Source: an uncultured delta proteobacterium
GTDB lineage: Bacteria; Myxococcota_A; Polyangia; Polyangiales; Houyiibacteriaceae
Length of the DNA: 64,000 bases
Direction: 5' to 3'
Assembly (NCBI GenBank): GCA_963699755.1
Contig: CAVOVB010000003.1
Span: 544,001-608,000 of the forward strand
The notes under the pieces are model-generated. The model saw nothing but the letters and a program-made list of their open reading frames with translations. It ran no database searches and was not told the DNA's origin. How positions within the stretch are numbered: the stretch's first letter is position 1; every line of letters starts with the position of its first letter. The position numbers and the translations under genes were made by a program. This document shows positions 12,784 to 25,034 of the stretch, piece by piece.

Positions 12784-14781
12784 TCAGGCCCAATGGATAG
12801 CGCCGAGGCTCAGCAAGATGGCGGCGACCCTGTAACCACGCTGAGGGTCGCTATTGCCCTGCTGCTGGGTCACGAATTGCGCAAGCTGCTCGACGCTCTG
12901 CGGCGTTTCGCAGAGCCGAAGCGCAGCCCGAACGTCGTCGGGGAGTGCCGCGGTCGCCACGCCGGTGTCGATCCGTTCTGGCTGAATGACCAGATCCTGA
13001 CCGCGCTCGAGGATCAGCTTGGTCTCGAACCCGGCGGCAATGCGGCGTCGCAATCCTCGATCGAGGATCTCCCAGGCGTCGAGGCGCAGTGGAAAGCCGC
13101 TGCTCGGCGGGTCGACGCCGTCGTAGAAGGTCGCGGTGCCGGACCTCCAGGTGAACAGGTCGAGTAACTTCTCACGGACCTGCTCGGTGATTTGCTGGAA
13201 GAGCTCCAAGGGCTCGACGAGCCCGAGCGCAACCAGCGTATCCCCCAGCTTGCCCTCGAAACGCGGCATGACCGCCAAGGCCATGTCGAGCTCGCTTCGG
13301 GTGATCACACGTTCTTTGACCAGGTGCTCGCCGAGAAGCTCGCCGGCGAGGTTGCTCGTTACGAATGCCGGAACACCGTCCTTGGTATAGACTTCTTTGC
13401 GGACGCCTCCTTGCTCGCAGAGCCAAAGGCCCGTGCGGCGCGCGACCAAAGTCCGAGCCAGCGCCCTGACGAAACCACCGTCCTCGAAGTTGATGCTCAG
13501 ATCCGCAGCGGCCGAGGCCTGAACACGGGTCGTCGTCGGCGTCATGCGCGACACCGGAACGTGACGGTAGAGATCGTTGACCGAAGAAAGCGGCTGGAAA
13601 TCGCCGCCGGCCACGCTGATCAGATCGGCACCATCGACCTGCCCGGTCGCGACGGCTTCGACGACCTTCGCGTATGCCAGCGGTCCAACTGTCGCGCCGT
13701 TCGGTTTTCGGATCTTGTACTCGAGCGGCGTGACGTTCGTTGTGCTGGGATGCTCGTCCGAAAGCAGCAGCGGCGTCGGCGGCATCGTCACCTTGGGTAT
13801 CGTGTCGGCCGAGGTCTTTCGAATGCGGGACTCGGCCGCGATGGAGCCGACCAGTGCTGCGAGCTCTGCACGCAACACTTCTTCGGGTCGACTCTGCCAA
13901 GGTTCCAGCGCCGCCCAAAAAGCACGCGCGGTGGGGGGGCGTTCTGCGGGGTTGGCCGCGAGCGCCGTGAGAATCACCGAGCCCAACCCTTCGGGGAGCT
14001 GCGGTAGGAACTCGATGAACGGATGGACTTCGGCGTCGCGGATTGCGAGCAGCACGGCAAGCTCACTGCCACCGGCAAACAGAGGTCGGCGCATGAAGAG
14101 CTCGGCTGCGATGACACCCGTCGAAAACAGATCTGCGCGCTGGTCGACACCACCACCCGAGACCTGTTCCGGCGCCAGATAGCCTAGCTTGCCGTTGGCG
14201 CGCACCGCGGTGCTCACCTCGAATGCGTTGACGTCAGCACGCGCGATGCCGAAGTCTGCTATCTTCACGTCTCCGTGAATCGAGATCAGCACGTTGGAAG
14301 GGCTGATGTCGCGATGCACGATCCCGAGCGTTCCACCTGTGCGATCGGTTGCCCTGTGTACGGCATCGAGACCGCTCAAGATCTGACGCACCAAGTAGAC
14401 CACCAGATCGTGCTCGAGCCTCTGGCTGTCGCGCGTGAGGCGGCGGTTGAGCCGCCAGAGGTCACAGCCTGGAACGTACTCGAGGGTGAGATAGGGCTGT
14501 CCTTCGATCTCCCCGTGGCCGAGGACATGAACGACGTTTGGATGCGTCACGTGACTCGCAAGTCTCGCTTCTTCAGCGAACATCTGCTGCGCGTTGGCTT
14601 CGTCCGCGATGTGCGGCAGCATTCGTTTCAAGACCACAACCCGAGGTTCACCCGCTGCGCGCGGCTCGAGCGCACGAAACACTTCCGCCATTCCGCCAAC
14701 TGCAATACGGTCGACCAGGGTGTACGCGCCCAGCGGCGTATTGGGCGGTGGCGCCGGCGGCGGTGACGATGGTCGTGGCAC
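12784..14781 (-). CDS. Ser/Thr protein kinase with C-terminal GYF-like and DUF4388-like regions (start approximate)
   Basis: GGMAEV, VVLKR, HRDISPSN, DFG, YLAPE; C-terminal LGEHLV...KLGDTLVALG...LFTWRSG. Confidence 0.9.
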   Translation of the reverse strand: MPRPSSPPPAPPPNTPLGAYTLVDRIAVGGMAEVFRALEPRAAGEPRVVVLKRMLPHIADEANAQQMFAEEARLASHVTHPNVVHVLGHGEIEGQPYLTLEYVPGCDLWRLNRRLTRDSQRLEHDLVVYLVRQILSGLDAVHRATDRTGGTLGIVHRDISPSNVLISIHGDVKIADFGIARADVNAFEVSTAVRANGKLGYLAPEQVSGGGVDQRADLFSTGVIAAELFMRRPLFAGGSELAVLLAIRDAEVHPFIEFLPQLPEGLGSVILTALAANPAERPPTARAFWAALEPWQSRPEEVLRAELAALVGSIAAESRIRKTSADTIPKVTMPPTPLLLSDEHPSTTNVTPLEYKIRKPNGATVGPLAYAKVVEAVATGQVDGADLISVAGGDFQPLSSVNDLYRHVPVSRMTPTTTRVQASAAADLSINFEDGGFVRALARTLVARRTGLWLCEQGGVRKEVYTKDGVPAFVTSNLAGELLGEHLVKERVITRSELDMALAVMPRFEGKLGDTLVALGLVEPLELFQQITEQVREKLLDLFTWRSGTATFYDGVDPPSSGFPLRLDAWEILDRGLRRRIAAGFETKLILERGQDLVIQPERIDTGVATAALPDDVRAALRLCETPQSVEQLAQFVTQQQGNSDPQRGYRVAAILLSLGAIHWA

Positions 14782-14855
14782 ACCTGGATTGTAACGGTGG
14801 CAACGGAAAATATCGATATCAGGGAAACAAAGTTGAGCAGAATTTGGAGAATTTG

Positions 14856-15521
14856 ATGGCTGATCAGGGCTCGAGAGCGGGACAACGGTATGCTGACGCA
14901 CAGATCCTCGAGTTTGCGGCGCGGACGCACCACCCAGAGGGCAGAGCGCTTGCCCGGGCATTCGAGGCGCCGGCGCGGCACGGCATGCCCGAAATTCAGC
15001 TTGGGCCAGCCGAGGGCAGGCTCCTGGAGCTGCTCCTTCGGCTTGCTCGGGCGCGCAAGGTCGTCGAGATCGGCACCTTGGCCGGGTACTCCGCGCTCTG
15101 GATCGCCCGCGCGCTCCCTGCGGACGGGCATCTGTGGACGATCGAGTCCGACCGGAAGCACGCGGGGGTGGCCGCCGAGGTTATCGGAGAGGCGGGCCTG
15201 GCAGATCGCGTGACCATCATCGCAGCCGATGCGGCCGAGGCCCTTCCAAAACTGCGTGATTCCGGGCCGTTTTGCGCGGTATTCCTCGACGCTGACAAAG
15301 GACGTTATGACCTATACGGCCGATGGGCAACTGAGAACCTGCGAGCCGGAGGCCTTCTCATCGGCGACAACGCATATCTCTTTGGAAGGCTCCTCGAGGA
15401 CAGCGAAGAGGCCCAGGCGATGCGCCGGTTTCATGAAGAGATGGCGCTCCACTTTGACTCTGTCTGCATCCCCACGCCCGACGGCTTGGCGCTGGGCGTG
15501 AAGGTCGACCGAGACGCTTGA
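14856..15521 (+). CDS. SAM-dependent O-methyltransferase (caffeoyl-CoA OMT-like)
   Basis: VEIGTLAGYSALW, FLDADK, GGLLIGDN. Confidence 0.9.
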   Translation: MADQGSRAGQRYADAQILEFAARTHHPEGRALARAFEAPARHGMPEIQLGPAEGRLLELLLRLARARKVVEIGTLAGYSALWIARALPADGHLWTIESDRKHAGVAAEVIGEAGLADRVTIIAADAAEALPKLRDSGPFCAVFLDADKGRYDLYGRWATENLRAGGLLIGDNAYLFGRLLEDSEEAQAMRRFHEEMALHFDSVCIPTPDGLALGVKVDRDA

Positions 15522-15755
15522 CCATTCTTGAGGGGGCGGCGATATAGGCTTCCCCGCTTGGGATCGCTCCGGGCTTGACCGGGTTTGGGAGCGGCCCTAA
15601 CGGGCGCTCAGGGAGAGGCGAAGTCGAGCGTACCCCAGCTCCCGCAAGCCGTGCCTGGATCTTGTTCGTCGAAAAATGACGAACCGACTTGTCCGACCCT
15701 CGAGCTTCGCCTAAATGGCGGCCGGTCGTTTAGAGGACTCAAGAGAAAACGCAGC

Positions 15756-16390
15756 ATGCAGATTTTCCCCCGCGAGTTGAACTACTTGCCCCTCGCGTTG
15801 GCCCTGGTGGCCGGCGGCCTCGGCGCAGGCGTGTTCATATTGTTCTGGGTCTACTTCACCCCTCCCAATCTGCAGGTTGGGTACACGCCGAAGCAACCCG
15901 TGGACTACAGCCACCGTTTGCACGCCGGAGAGCTTGGTCTGGACTGCCGCTACTGCCACTCCCAGGTCGAGCGCTCACACGAAGCGATGGTGCCTCCGAC
16001 GCAGACCTGCATGGGCTGTCACGCGGTGGTGCTCCCTGAATCGGCGAAGCTCGCGCCGGTGCGGCAGAGCTGGGAGACCGACGAGTCGGTCGCCTGGGTT
16101 CGCGTCCACCAGATTCCTGACCACGCGTTCTTCAACCATAGCGCTCACCTCCGCGCTGGCGTCGGTTGCGTTTCCTGCCACGGTCGGATCGACCAGATGG
16201 CGGTCGTAGGGGTGGTCGAGCCGATCGCGATGCAGTGGTGCTTGCAATGTCACCGCAATCCCGAGGAGCACATCCGGCCCAAGAGCGAGGTTACGAACAT
16301 GAAGTGGGAAGCTGACGAGGCTTGGATCGCCCAGCGCGCCGCGGTCGCCGCTGTTCTCAATCCACCTTTGCACTGTTCGGGGTGCCACCG

Positions 16391-16394
<4 letters not shown>
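15756..16394 (+). CDS. actA: Alternative complex III pentaheme cytochrome c subunit
   Basis: N-terminal TM; PKQPVDYSHRLHAG; five CxxCH motifs (CRYCH, CMGCH, CVSCH, CLQCH, CSGCH). Confidence 0.92.
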
Positions 16395-19504
<3,110 letters not shown>

Positions 19505-19510
19505 GAGCCG

Positions 19511-20971
19511 ATGAACTACGACGCACCAATCAAAGAACTCGGAGAGACGCCCCTTCTACCTGAAGGCACGACCGCCCACGACATCACCGAGACGATCGCA
19601 GGTGTCACGGAAAACCCCGCCCCTCGTGGTTGGTGGTTGCTGTTCCTGCTTTCGCTTTCCGGGCTCGGCGCAATGACCGCCGCGCTCGCGTACTTGTTCA
19701 TGCAAGGCGTGGGCGTTTGGGGCAACAACGCACCGGTCTACTGGGCCTGGGACATCACCAACTTCGTCTGGTGGATCGGTATCGGCCATGCGGGCACGCT
19801 GATCTCGGCTATTTTGTTCCTGTTCAGGCAGAAGTGGCGAACGAGCATCAACCGCTTCGCCGAGGCCATGACGGTCTTCGCCGTGCTTTGTGCCGGCTTG
19901 TTCCCGGCGATTCACACCGGTCGTCCCTGGTTCGACTATTACCTCTTCCCCATCCCGAACCAGATGGACATGTGGCCAAACTTCAAGAGCCCGCTCATGT
20001 GGGACGTCTTTGCGGTCAGCACCTACCTGACGATCAGTGTCATCTTCTGGCTCATCGGCTTGATTCCGGACTTCGCCACGCTGCGTGACCGGTCGAAGAA
20101 CCTGACCCGCAAACGTGTCTACGGTTCCTTGGCCCTCGGCTGGCGCGGCGCCCACCGGCACTGGCAACACTACGAGCGGGCCTACCTGATCTTCGCTGGC
20201 ATCTCGACGCCGCTGGTCCTTTCGGTCCACTCCGTCGTTTCGTTCGACTTCGCGACCTCGGTGGTTCCAGGCTGGCACACGACGATTTTCCCACCGTACT
20301 TCGTGGCCGGCGCCGTCTTCAGCGGCTTTGCGCTGGTGATGACCTTGATGTTGATCTGCCGCTCGATCTTCAAGCTGCACAACATCGTGACCATCCGGCA
20401 CCTGGACTTGATGAACAAGTTCATGCTCGGTACGGCGCTGCTGGTCGGCTACGCGTACGCGATGGAGTTCTTCATCGCCTGGTACTCCTCGAACCCCTAC
20501 GAGCAGTGGGTCTTCTTCCACAATCGCCTGGGCTGGGGCGAGCTCGACAGCAATGGAAATTGGGGTCCGCTCTGGTGGGCCTACTACGCGATGGTGTTCT
20601 GCAATGTCATCGTGCCACAGGTCTTTTGGTTCAAGCGCGCGCGCACCAGCGTTCCGATCATGCTCGTTGCGAGCGTTCTCATCAACATCGGGATGTGGTT
20701 CGAGCGCTTCGTCATCATCGTGACGTCGACCTACCAGGACTTCCTGCCGTCTTCCTGGGGCATGTTCCATCCGACCTCGATCGACATTCTGACCTACCTC
20801 GGTACCTTTGGATTGTTCTTCACCCTCTTCCTGCTCTTCGTTCGCTGGATTCCGATGATCGCCATTGCGGAGGTCAAGGGAAACTTGCCGGGGGCGCATC
20901 CCGACTTGCACGCCTTGGAGGCACATGACGAGGTACCGGACACACTGGTTGCGCCGGTCCCGGCGGAGTGA
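19511..20971 (+). CDS. actC: Alternative complex III NrfD-type quinol-binding subunit
   Basis: WDITNFVWWIGIGHAGTLISA, INRFAEAMT, SPLMWDVFAV, HTTIFPPYFVAGA. Confidence 0.95.
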   Translation: MNYDAPIKELGETPLLPEGTTAHDITETIAGVTENPAPRGWWLLFLLSLSGLGAMTAALAYLFMQGVGVWGNNAPVYWAWDITNFVWWIGIGHAGTLISAILFLFRQKWRTSINRFAEAMTVFAVLCAGLFPAIHTGRPWFDYYLFPIPNQMDMWPNFKSPLMWDVFAVSTYLTISVIFWLIGLIPDFATLRDRSKNLTRKRVYGSLALGWRGAHRHWQHYERAYLIFAGISTPLVLSVHSVVSFDFATSVVPGWHTTIFPPYFVAGAVFSGFALVMTLMLICRSIFKLHNIVTIRHLDLMNKFMLGTALLVGYAYAMEFFIAWYSSNPYEQWVFFHNRLGWGELDSNGNWGPLWWAYYAMVFCNVIVPQVFWFKRARTSVPIMLVASVLINIGMWFERFVIIVTSTYQDFLPSSWGMFHPTSIDILTYLGTFGLFFTLFLLFVRWIPMIAIAEVKGNLPGAHPDLHALEAHDEVPDTLVAPVPAE

Positions 20972-20979
20972 GGCGAATC

Positions 20980-21558
20980 ATGGCTAACAACACGAAAAAG
21001 CCCGCCCTTTACCTGGCCGAATACGACACGCCGAACGCCATTGCCGCCGCCGCGATGAAGGTGCGCGACGCGGGTTACAAGAACTGGGACTGCCACACCC
21101 CGTACGCCATGCACGGCATGGACGAGGCGATGGGGCTCAAGCCCACCCGGATCGGCATCATTTCGTTCATCTTCGGGATGATCGGCGTCGCGACGGCAGT
21201 GTTCATGATTCAGTACACCAATGCGTTCGACTTCAACCTCTTGAACATCGGCGCCGGCTACCCGCTCATCGTCGGCGGCAAGCCGCCCGGTGCATTTCCC
21301 TCGATGGTGCCGATCATGTTCGAGCTCGGGATTCTTCTCACCGGCTTCGCGACGCTGTTTGGCTTGCTCGGATTGATCAAGCTGCCGATGTACAACCATC
21401 CGATCTTCGAGTCGGACCGGTTCGAAGCTGCGACGGACGACAAGTACTTCATCTCGATCGAAGCGGGTGACCAGAAGTTCGACCTCGATCGAACCAAGGC
21501 GCTGCTCGAGGCCACCAATCCGACCTACCTCGAGCTCATCGAGGAGGAGGTGCAGTGA
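20980..21558 (+). CDS. actD: Alternative complex III subunit D (DUF3341)
   Basis: TPYAMHGMDEAMG, YPLIVGGKP, PIMFEL, two TM segments. Confidence 0.9.
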   Translation: MANNTKKPALYLAEYDTPNAIAAAAMKVRDAGYKNWDCHTPYAMHGMDEAMGLKPTRIGIISFIFGMIGVATAVFMIQYTNAFDFNLLNIGAGYPLIVGGKPPGAFPSMVPIMFELGILLTGFATLFGLLGLIKLPMYNHPIFESDRFEAATDDKYFISIEAGDQKFDLDRTKALLEATNPTYLELIEEEVQ

Positions 21559-22181
21559 TGCGTGTCCTTCTCATCGTACTGGCACTCACGACGCTGGCGG
21601 CGGCTTGTGTGGGTGGCGAGACCGGCGAGCCGCCGATCGTCGGTATCCGGAACATGTACAACCAGCCGCGCTACGATACCCAGGAGCGACAACCGTTCTT
21701 CGCCGATCAACGCTCGATGCGTCCTCAGGTCGAGGACACCGTGGCCCGAGAGATGGACATAGGCCTCGCCTGGACGACTGGTCGCTCGGTCCAGGGAGAC
21801 GCTTGGCTCATGGAAGTGCCGCGCGAGATCGTCGGTCGAGGGGGAGGCGCTAGCGCCTTTCTCGACCGTGGCGAGGAGCGTTACAACATCTACTGCGCCC
21901 CCTGCCATTCCGTCTCCGGCGACGGCAAGGGAATGGTTTCGCGGCGTGCCGGGGCCCTCGGCGCAACCGGGCTCGTCGCTCCGAGCTTCCACGATGACCG
22001 GCTGCGGCACATCCCAGACGGCCAGCTCTTCGCGACCATCAGCAACGGCGTGAGAAACATGCCGGCCTACGCCTTCAACATCCCGGTCGACGACCGATGG
22101 GCGATCGTTCAGTACGTCCGCGCGCTGCAGCTGAGCCAGGCGCCCGCGGCCACGGCGAAGAACACGGAGCCATCCCAGTGA
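21558..22181 (+). CDS. actE: Alternative complex III monoheme cytochrome c lipoprotein
   Basis: Lipobox LAAAC, NMYNQPRY, CAPCH, MPAY, DRWAIVQYVRALQ. Confidence 0.9.
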   Translation: MRVLLIVLALTTLAAACVGGETGEPPIVGIRNMYNQPRYDTQERQPFFADQRSMRPQVEDTVAREMDIGLAWTTGRSVQGDAWLMEVPREIVGRGGGASAFLDRGEERYNIYCAPCHSVSGDGKGMVSRRAGALGATGLVAPSFHDDRLRHIPDGQLFATISNGVRNMPAYAFNIPVDDRWAIVQYVRALQLSQAPAATAKNTEPSQ

Positions 22182-23581
22182 CAAAAGCAGACGACAACGA
22201 CTATCGAGTCGGAAACGACGGCATCTGGCAGCGGGCCTGGCTCGCACCTCTGGGGATCGCCATCTTGGGCGGCGTGGCAGCGGTCCTGACGGCCGATGCG
22301 GATCGGCTTGGTTACGCCTACCTCTTTGGCCTGTTTGTGACCGCAACCTTCATGCTCGGCGCTCTGTTCTTGGTGTTGGTCCAATTCCTCACCGCGTCTT
22401 ATTGGGGCGTATCGTCGCGACGCATCGTCGAGGTCGTCATGTCTGGCGCGCCGGTCGTGGCGCTCTTGGCGATTCCCTTCTTGGCGGGTGTCGCCCTCGG
22501 CAAAATCGACATCTACGACGAGTGGCAGAGCGTCTCGGCTCAGGGTGCGCACGGTGACGACCATGGGGATTTCGATTCGGGCTCTGACAACGAGAGCGAT
22601 CGCGCGGAGCACAGCGCGCTCGGGCTCGGCGCAAGCGTGGCGCAGGCGCAGGGCCATGGCGAGGACCACGATGAAGATGCCGTCGATCACGGCGATACAG
22701 CCGCTCACGATCAGGGGCACCGCCACACTTCCCAAGAAACCGCGCTTCACCACGAGATTCTCGAAAAGAAGAGCGGCTATCTCAACACCACTGGCTGGGT
22801 CGCGCGGGGCATCGCGTATTTCGTCATCTGGTGCTTGATCGCCTTGGCGTACTTCGGTTGGTCAAGGCGCCAAGACGTGGATCGCGACCCAAGGCACACC
22901 GTTCGGATGCAGAGCCTGGCGGCACCGTCCCTCATCCTCTTTGCTGGCTCGCTCACCTTCGCTGCGTTCGATTGGCTGATGTCGCTCGAGGCTACCTGGT
23001 TCTCGACCATTTTCGGCGTCGTCATCTTCGCCGGCTCGGCGGTCTCCATTCTCGCCCTCACGATCCTGATTGGCCTGAGCCTCTACAAGCGCGGCCTGGT
23101 GGGTGACGCGATCAACATCGAGCATTTCCACGACCTGAGCAGGCTCATGTTTGGTTTCGTTTGCTTCTGGGCCTACGTCCAGTTCTCGCAGTGGATGCTG
23201 ATCTGGTACGCGGGCATTCCCGAGGAGGCCACTTGGTTCATGAAGCGCTGGGACGGTGGCTGGAAGTTCGTCTCCTACGTGCTGATCTTCGGCCACTTCG
23301 TTGCGCCCTTCGTCCTGCTGATTTCGCGTGTGCAGAAGCGAGCGCTTCCCTGGCTCCAGGTGATGTGCTTCTGGGTGATCTTCATGCACATCGTCGACAT
23401 CTACTGGTTCATTCTGCCGCAGGCTGGCGGTTTCCATGTTCAGCTCGCGGATATGGGAGCACTCTTCTTCGTCGGCGGTCTCTTCTTCGCATATGTCTTC
23501 TGGCAGCTCGGGAGGGTCCCCTTGGTGCCGGTCGGCGATCCCAGGCTTCAGCGGAGCCTTCACCTCCACCAAATATACTGA
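22178..23581 (+). CDS. actF: Alternative complex III subunit F with His/Asp-rich insert
   Basis: Polytopic membrane protein; FDWLMSLE..WFSTIFG, HFHDL, FSQWMLIWY.GIPEE, PVGDPRL. Confidence 0.88.
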   Translation: MTKADDNDYRVGNDGIWQRAWLAPLGIAILGGVAAVLTADADRLGYAYLFGLFVTATFMLGALFLVLVQFLTASYWGVSSRRIVEVVMSGAPVVALLAIPFLAGVALGKIDIYDEWQSVSAQGAHGDDHGDFDSGSDNESDRAEHSALGLGASVAQAQGHGEDHDEDAVDHGDTAAHDQGHRHTSQETALHHEILEKKSGYLNTTGWVARGIAYFVIWCLIALAYFGWSRRQDVDRDPRHTVRMQSLAAPSLILFAGSLTFAAFDWLMSLEATWFSTIFGVVIFAGSAVSILALTILIGLSLYKRGLVGDAINIEHFHDLSRLMFGFVCFWAYVQFSQWMLIWYAGIPEEATWFMKRWDGGWKFVSYVLIFGHFVAPFVLLISRVQKRALPWLQVMCFWVIFMHIVDIYWFILPQAGGFHVQLADMGALFFVGGLFFAYVFWQLGRVPLVPVGDPRLQRSLHLHQIY

Positions 23582-23591
23582 GCGTGCACGG

Positions 23592-24239
23592 ATGAGTACG
23601 AAGCACAGAACACGATTTGAACCCCTCCGCTTCCTCCTCGCCGTTTCGACGTCGATGGTTCTTGGGATGGGCTGCGGCCAAAGCGATTCACCGAGGGCGC
23701 GCGTGAGCGCTGACGAGTACGAGATCATCAAGCAGCAGCAGGAGGAAGCCCTCCAAACCGGCACGATGCCTCTCGGCCAGGCAATGGCGGAGTACAGCTC
23801 CAAGCCCCGAGACCAGTTTGCTGCGCTTGCGCCAGAGCCGTCCGAGGACGAGTCGGCGCTCAACGGCTGGTCGTTCAAGGGCGCCGCTCCCATCGCGACG
23901 GGTGATGTCACCATGCCGCCCGAGTGCGTTGGTGGGGCAAACCCGGAAGCCTGTTGGGGCCAAAAGCTCAGCAACAGCAAGGGCTGCATGGCATGTCACT
24001 CGGTCGACGGCGTGAAGCAGCAACCTTGCCCGAACTGGAAGGGCCTCTTCGGAAGAGAACGGCCTCTGGTGAGCGGCGACACGGTCGTCGCCGACGAAGA
24101 GTACCTCACCAATTCGATCCTGAACTCCTGGGATCAGGTGGTTCAGGGCTACGGAAAGACGATGCCGCCGTACAATTTCCCCGAGCAGGAAATCGCGGCG
24201 TTGGTCGCCTACCTCAAGTCACTAGGAGAGGGCGGATGA
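23592..24239 (+). CDS. Monoheme cytochrome c lipoprotein resembling the C-terminal cytochrome c domain of caa3 subunit II
   Basis: Lipobox-like LGMGC; GCMACHSVDG...WKGLFG...VVADEEYL.NSI...VVQGY..MP. Confidence 0.82.
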   Translation: MSTKHRTRFEPLRFLLAVSTSMVLGMGCGQSDSPRARVSADEYEIIKQQQEEALQTGTMPLGQAMAEYSSKPRDQFAALAPEPSEDESALNGWSFKGAAPIATGDVTMPPECVGGANPEACWGQKLSNSKGCMACHSVDGVKQQPCPNWKGLFGRERPLVSGDTVVADEEYLTNSILNSWDQVVQGYGKTMPPYNFPEQEIAALVAYLKSLGEGG

Positions 24240-24889
24240 TGAGCAGATCCCGCGCCGCGACGGTGGTGGTCTTGTCGGCGCTACCGGTTCTACTGACGGC
24301 CTGCCAGGAGCCCAGCCCGGATACGGCTAGTCTTAGGTACAGCGAAGACCTCTACGACGGCTGCGTCCAGTGTCACGGCGCTAGGGGCGAGGGCAACCCC
24401 GAGGTCGGGGCGCCTTCGATTGCGGGCCTCGAGCGATGGTACGTGAAGAGGCAGCTCCGTGGCTTCAAAAAAGGCTACCGTGGCTTTCACCCTGAAGACG
24501 TCGCTGGGAAGCGAATGTATCCGATGGCCCGCGCGCTCGACACGGATCAGAAAGTGGACGTGGTCGCCAACTACGTCGCTTCCATGGAGCCAACCCATCC
24601 GGCCCCGACCCTCGAGGGCGGCAATCCGGAAACCGGAAAGATCTACTTCGCTGTCTGCGTGCAGTGCCACGGAGCGAATGCGCGAGGCAATCTGGACGAG
24701 TTTGGTCCTCCATTGGCAGGCGCAAGCGATTGGTACCTGCTCACGCAGCTGCAGAACTTCAAGGCCGGGGTACGTGGCACCCAGCCCGACGACGCCATGG
24801 GTGCCAAGATGCGCCCGTTTTCCATGACGCTTCCCACCGAGCAAGCGATGAAAGACGTCATCGCGTACATTGGCACTCTATCCGAGTAA
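24236..24889 (+). CDS. Diheme cytochrome c4-like lipoprotein
   Basis: Lipobox LTAC; two CVQCH motifs, each followed by P..AG...WY...QL..FK.G.RG and an axial Met. Confidence 0.9.
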   Translation: MMSRSRAATVVVLSALPVLLTACQEPSPDTASLRYSEDLYDGCVQCHGARGEGNPEVGAPSIAGLERWYVKRQLRGFKKGYRGFHPEDVAGKRMYPMARALDTDQKVDVVANYVASMEPTHPAPTLEGGNPETGKIYFAVCVQCHGANARGNLDEFGPPLAGASDWYLLTQLQNFKAGVRGTQPDDAMGAKMRPFSMTLPTEQAMKDVIAYIGTLSE

Positions 24890-24907
24890 GCTACGAGGGT
24901 TTGACAG

Positions 24908-25018
24908 ATGGCAGGCAAGACGCGGGATCCAGACAACGAGGCACATTTTTGGTGGAAGTGGACCATGATCGGGGCCGCCATCTATATCGGTGTCGTGTTC
25001 GCTTTCATTTTGAACTGA
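24908..25018 (+). CDS. 36-aa single-TM protein within the oxidase operon (absent from the ORF track)
   Basis: MAGKTRDPDNEAHFWWKWTMIGAAIYIGVVFAFILN*; GAGGG upstream; fills the gap between the c4 gene and coxB. Confidence 0.65.
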   Translation: MAGKTRDPDNEAHFWWKWTMIGAAIYIGVVFAFILN

Positions 25019-25034
25019 GGGTGTAGGGGGTCGA

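Noticed and set aside
14790..14856. ATATCGATAT palindrome and AGAATTTG direct repeat between the divergent kinase and OMT genes
   Set aside because: Too short to distinguish from chance; may be an operator but unsupported
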